A model generated the notes under the pieces. It saw nothing but the letters and a program-made list of their open reading frames with translations. It was not told the origin of the DNA and made no database searches. Shown one piece after another: positions 62,101-64,000 of a DNA stretch of 64,000 nucleotides (positions are counted from its first letter, which is position 1; every line of letters starts with the position of its first letter). The stretch is taken from contig JBNJNM010000022.1 of assembly GCA_052426225.1 (NCBI GenBank), positions 1 to 64,000 of the forward strand, in the 5' to 3' direction. Source of the stretch: Zancudomyces culisetae HAW-14-8 (taxonomy: Eukaryota > Fungi > Kickxellomycota). The position numbers were made by a program, and so were the translations under genes.

Positions 62101-63146
62101 TGTGGGTATTCCTGCTTTTCACTTCCCATTGTTGGCTTTCTAGCACCCCCATAATTTTCCTCTCTTGTTTGTTTTCTTTTTGACTGGACGCCCTCCAGGC
62201 ACGTTACATCATTACTATCATCTCTTGTATAGGCCAAACTTTTTTGTGTGTTTTGTACTGTCATACCCACTGGTTTTACACCATCGAGTACGCCATTATA
62301 CGTATTAGTAGGAATATTTATACTGTTACTTTGCAACCCGATCTCAGACTCTTTGTCTATAATCGTTTCGCTTCCTACGTTTGACTCAGCATTATCACTG
62401 TGTTCCCTATCAATCTTGGCTAGACCATTTTCCCCCTCTTGATACCTCTTCACTTCAGTTGCTTCACTCACGCTCTTGTCTAGTATACCGCCCGCATTTT
62501 GAGGTACGACCTTTATATCGTCAGTATGTAGTTCGTTACTTTCCCCTGTTTTTTTAAACCCATTTTCAAACGACTTATTGGTTGCCAGCGTTATGCTATC
62601 CCTTTTATTTTTTTTGGATGTGATTAAACTTTGTTTCTTTGCAATATTTTTCCTTTTGACTATTTCTGTGTCTGTACAGTTTCCCGAAATATCCATCACT
62701 TCTACATGCCCCTTTTTACTTTTTCGTTTGTAAAAATCGCGGAACCTACTACTCTTTTTATAGACATCATTATCTTTGCTTCTGTTCTCCCATGTTTCGT
62801 TTGGATAATTTCCCTGGATCGGGTTCCGATCCGGTTCACCAGAAATTGTTCTTGTTAAGTCTCTATCAGAATGAGAGTGCAGTAAACTATGACTTTCCTG
62901 TTGAAAATCATTACCAGTGTCGTCCTCGGTATAAACATTCCTGTCTTTCCTCTTAAATTTGCTCTTTATTTTTTCTTTAATGTCTTTTCCGCTCAACCCC
63001 TCTCTTTTTTTTATACTTTCACCTATATTACCGACCTCTTTGACTATCTTTGTCCTAATACTGAGGAATCTTGTTGTAAAAGTACTTCCTCTCCCTAATT
63101 TACCATCCCTTGCCACCCCTTCTGTCTCCATCTCAAAACTTGTCAT
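59103..63146 (-). CDS. IML2/TTC39-family (DUF3808-like, TPR) protein
   Basis: HAELICAE, SGVYLGVGIFNIVMSMLP...GLSGSREVGL, SRWSTAVYTY, KKIAGKTVPAEKYVTRK and DHYT motifs. First ATG is at 63146; an upstream exon is not excluded. Confidence 0.9.
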   Translation of the reverse strand: MTSFEMETEGVARDGKLGRGSTFTTRFLSIRTKIVKEVGNIGESIKKREGLSGKDIKEKIKSKFKRKDRNVYTEDDTGNDFQQESHSLLHSHSDRDLTRTISGEPDRNPIQGNYPNETWENRSKDNDVYKKSSRFRDFYKRKSKKGHVEVMDISGNCTDTEIVKRKNIAKKQSLITSKKNKRDSITLATNKSFENGFKKTGESNELHTDDIKVVPQNAGGILDKSVSEATEVKRYQEGENGLAKIDREHSDNAESNVGSETIIDKESEIGLQSNSINIPTNTYNGVLDGVKPVGMTVQNTQKSLAYTRDDSNDVTCLEGVQSKRKQTREENYGGARKPTMGSEKQEYPQYQKKEIQGLLDAYDSLKLFINAKYEDSEKIFRARMDEDNIYILEGYAMIQLVKAMVTFDRSILEETFRASTQLVDKAQKRRKTAHGKVVKGKESTKGAGIAGAFYGMMVSGVNMISGAVIAASSTALGSSEEAIYGRLRAMSIEQRHAELICAEGILMKAVANIVINEGILGFLKEGWNIKTAISIYKESYRFLKWAFQTQEENDIYKQIDDEYISGVYLGVGIFNIVMSMLPKRVLKMVSLLGLSGSREVGLDLLAKSANVYNYREIYKNMDIDFERGNISNDYTGSSDCNDSASLSSRSSTSSINTFFTAMEEIEEEKDNVFDRKRGLRSQLSYLVLLGFYTVVCPESCIRERNGVEFAKKIIEEQVTEFPNSHLINFFAGRIEELEQRSENAIQLYSFVASSGQNSERMGSVKQNENVNAKINDGWIKMTHLGVWQKSLVLLGMRRWEEACEGFEVLRTQSRWSTAVYTYCVAVCRWEKYLELSKTKNHSTDLSTLKKMFNDICELFESVEKLKKKIAGKTVPAEKYVTRKSKKFFLQKKYLMRPGLELLLIYNCIPKMSQKTVDELVLQVNSELESLLSISPPSRTDVDGDTSVDFGDVNKSTAYVDESLALGEFGRISIQTITKAWLENDNKDVSYSGNYKNDVFCYRHAYYSDDLALLLTLKAYAYNHLSRLVSKKIYTEKALRDSQSTFLTELTCQYVNYTKLARIFAVRCLRLSGLIKLDHYTLAASRFILGCIYLDLDIELITSYDKSRQSNQLQTQVHTFEYESSKNLNLHIAQHHLKLIMDTTLFSSYPECFDAINTKKQSSSDETLEKSVEPSLDSLNVNHESNYCDRTLAMEWWFKPYFDSTLFDSLVKIRSELTGSFSTSCGDLLKDNIEHNENEDFELSSNLHYQLVKNSYLEQPNLDLQFGWSKATFNRRYLLPTLSPFTFNNYNSNKDKNGAENGSSKIIPTNSISDNNGGGNTPKYSMHGKVETQTHNILNYIDSVLSQT

Positions 63147-64000
63147 TCTACTTTTCTCTGATATTTGTCGAATTTGCTCTATCTTTTCAAGCAATTGTTA
63201 ATAGCTATCTTAGCCTCTCGTGTTTATGTCAGTATATATATAGTGTTTATACGCTTAGAAAGTATTCGGTTGTGCTCAATAGCTACAGTCAAAAAAAAAT
63301 AAGCATAAACTAACCCTGAATCCCACCACTATGCTATGAATTATATGTCTCAATATTTAATACTCGCAGAAACTTGCTGTTTAATTCCCCAAATCTCTCC
63401 AATAATTACTAAAATCCCCAATTTTATCCTCTCTTTAGCTGAAATAACTCGAGTGCAAAACTATGAGACAAAAATATAGCGGTATTTTTTTGCTGATTTC
63501 AAAGCATCCCATTAAATGAATGGCAGGCGCGTTATTACTAGGAAGAAAATTTTGTATTCATGAAAAATCGAAACCGCAATTCTGTAAATTCGGCAGTATA
63601 TTTCCTGTGTACCCCCCACTATACTCAAATATATAGTAGTATATCTCTTTACTTTTGTTTTTTTCCCTGTATAGCTCTAACAATGTTGATAATTCATCAA
63701 GAAATTTATGGAAATGTATCTTTTTTGCTACTCATTTTTTATGTCCCTTAAATCGATGTGTTCAAATAAAATCCCCCCCCTTCTCCAATCAAACAATTTG
63801 CGTTTTGTTTTGGGCTAATCGCACTTTTTTGGTTAGGTTATTTTGTCTCATTACACTCCACTTTACTCTCGATTCTATTCGCTAATTTTGAAATTTTAAA
63901 ATTTCAAAATTATATTACTGACTATTGGTCAATGCGATTCATTTCATGCAGATGCAAGTTCGCCAAATTATTCCGAATTTGGGTATTAGCAAAAATATAA

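Noticed and set aside
63301-63336. CTAACCCT within a short AGCATA/TATGCT stem, a possible telomerase RNA template; also TAACCCTAA at 51739
   Set aside because: 8-9-nt matches arise by chance or as promoter telobox sites; no pseudoknot or other TER element is recognisable.

Overview
Left end of an AT-rich eukaryotic chromosome. Telomere type, chromoviruses, intron style and ATG5/SQS1/IML2 homologs indicate a fungus; an early-diverging lineage such as Harpellales is my inference only. There are four zones. (1) 1-2.5 kb: a long (CCCTAA)n telomere. (2) 2.8-16.4 kb: a transposon nest with a decayed Ty3/Gypsy element carrying two solo LTRs and a Tc1/mariner, an apparently intact Gypsy chromovirus (411-bp LTRs, self-priming PBS, -1 frameshift signal), and fragments of a third Gypsy and a second Tc1. 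(3) 16.8-53 kb: an accessory zone with nine more solo LTRs, decayed genes (cystinosin-like, sugar porter, F-box/ankyrin-like) and intact genes that nearly all encode secreted proteins. These are a beta/gamma-crystallin-like family (3 intact, 2 pseudogenes), two Kex2-type precursors of Tyr/Gly-rich peptides, a Pro/Thr rod capped by CGC motifs, a two-domain Ser/Thr-linker protein and an orphan basic protein. (4) >54 kb: core genes ATG5, an SQS1-like R3H/G-patch gene and an IML2/TTC39-like gene, the last two overlapping tail-to-tail by 12 coding bases. All calls are by eye; no database searches were run.
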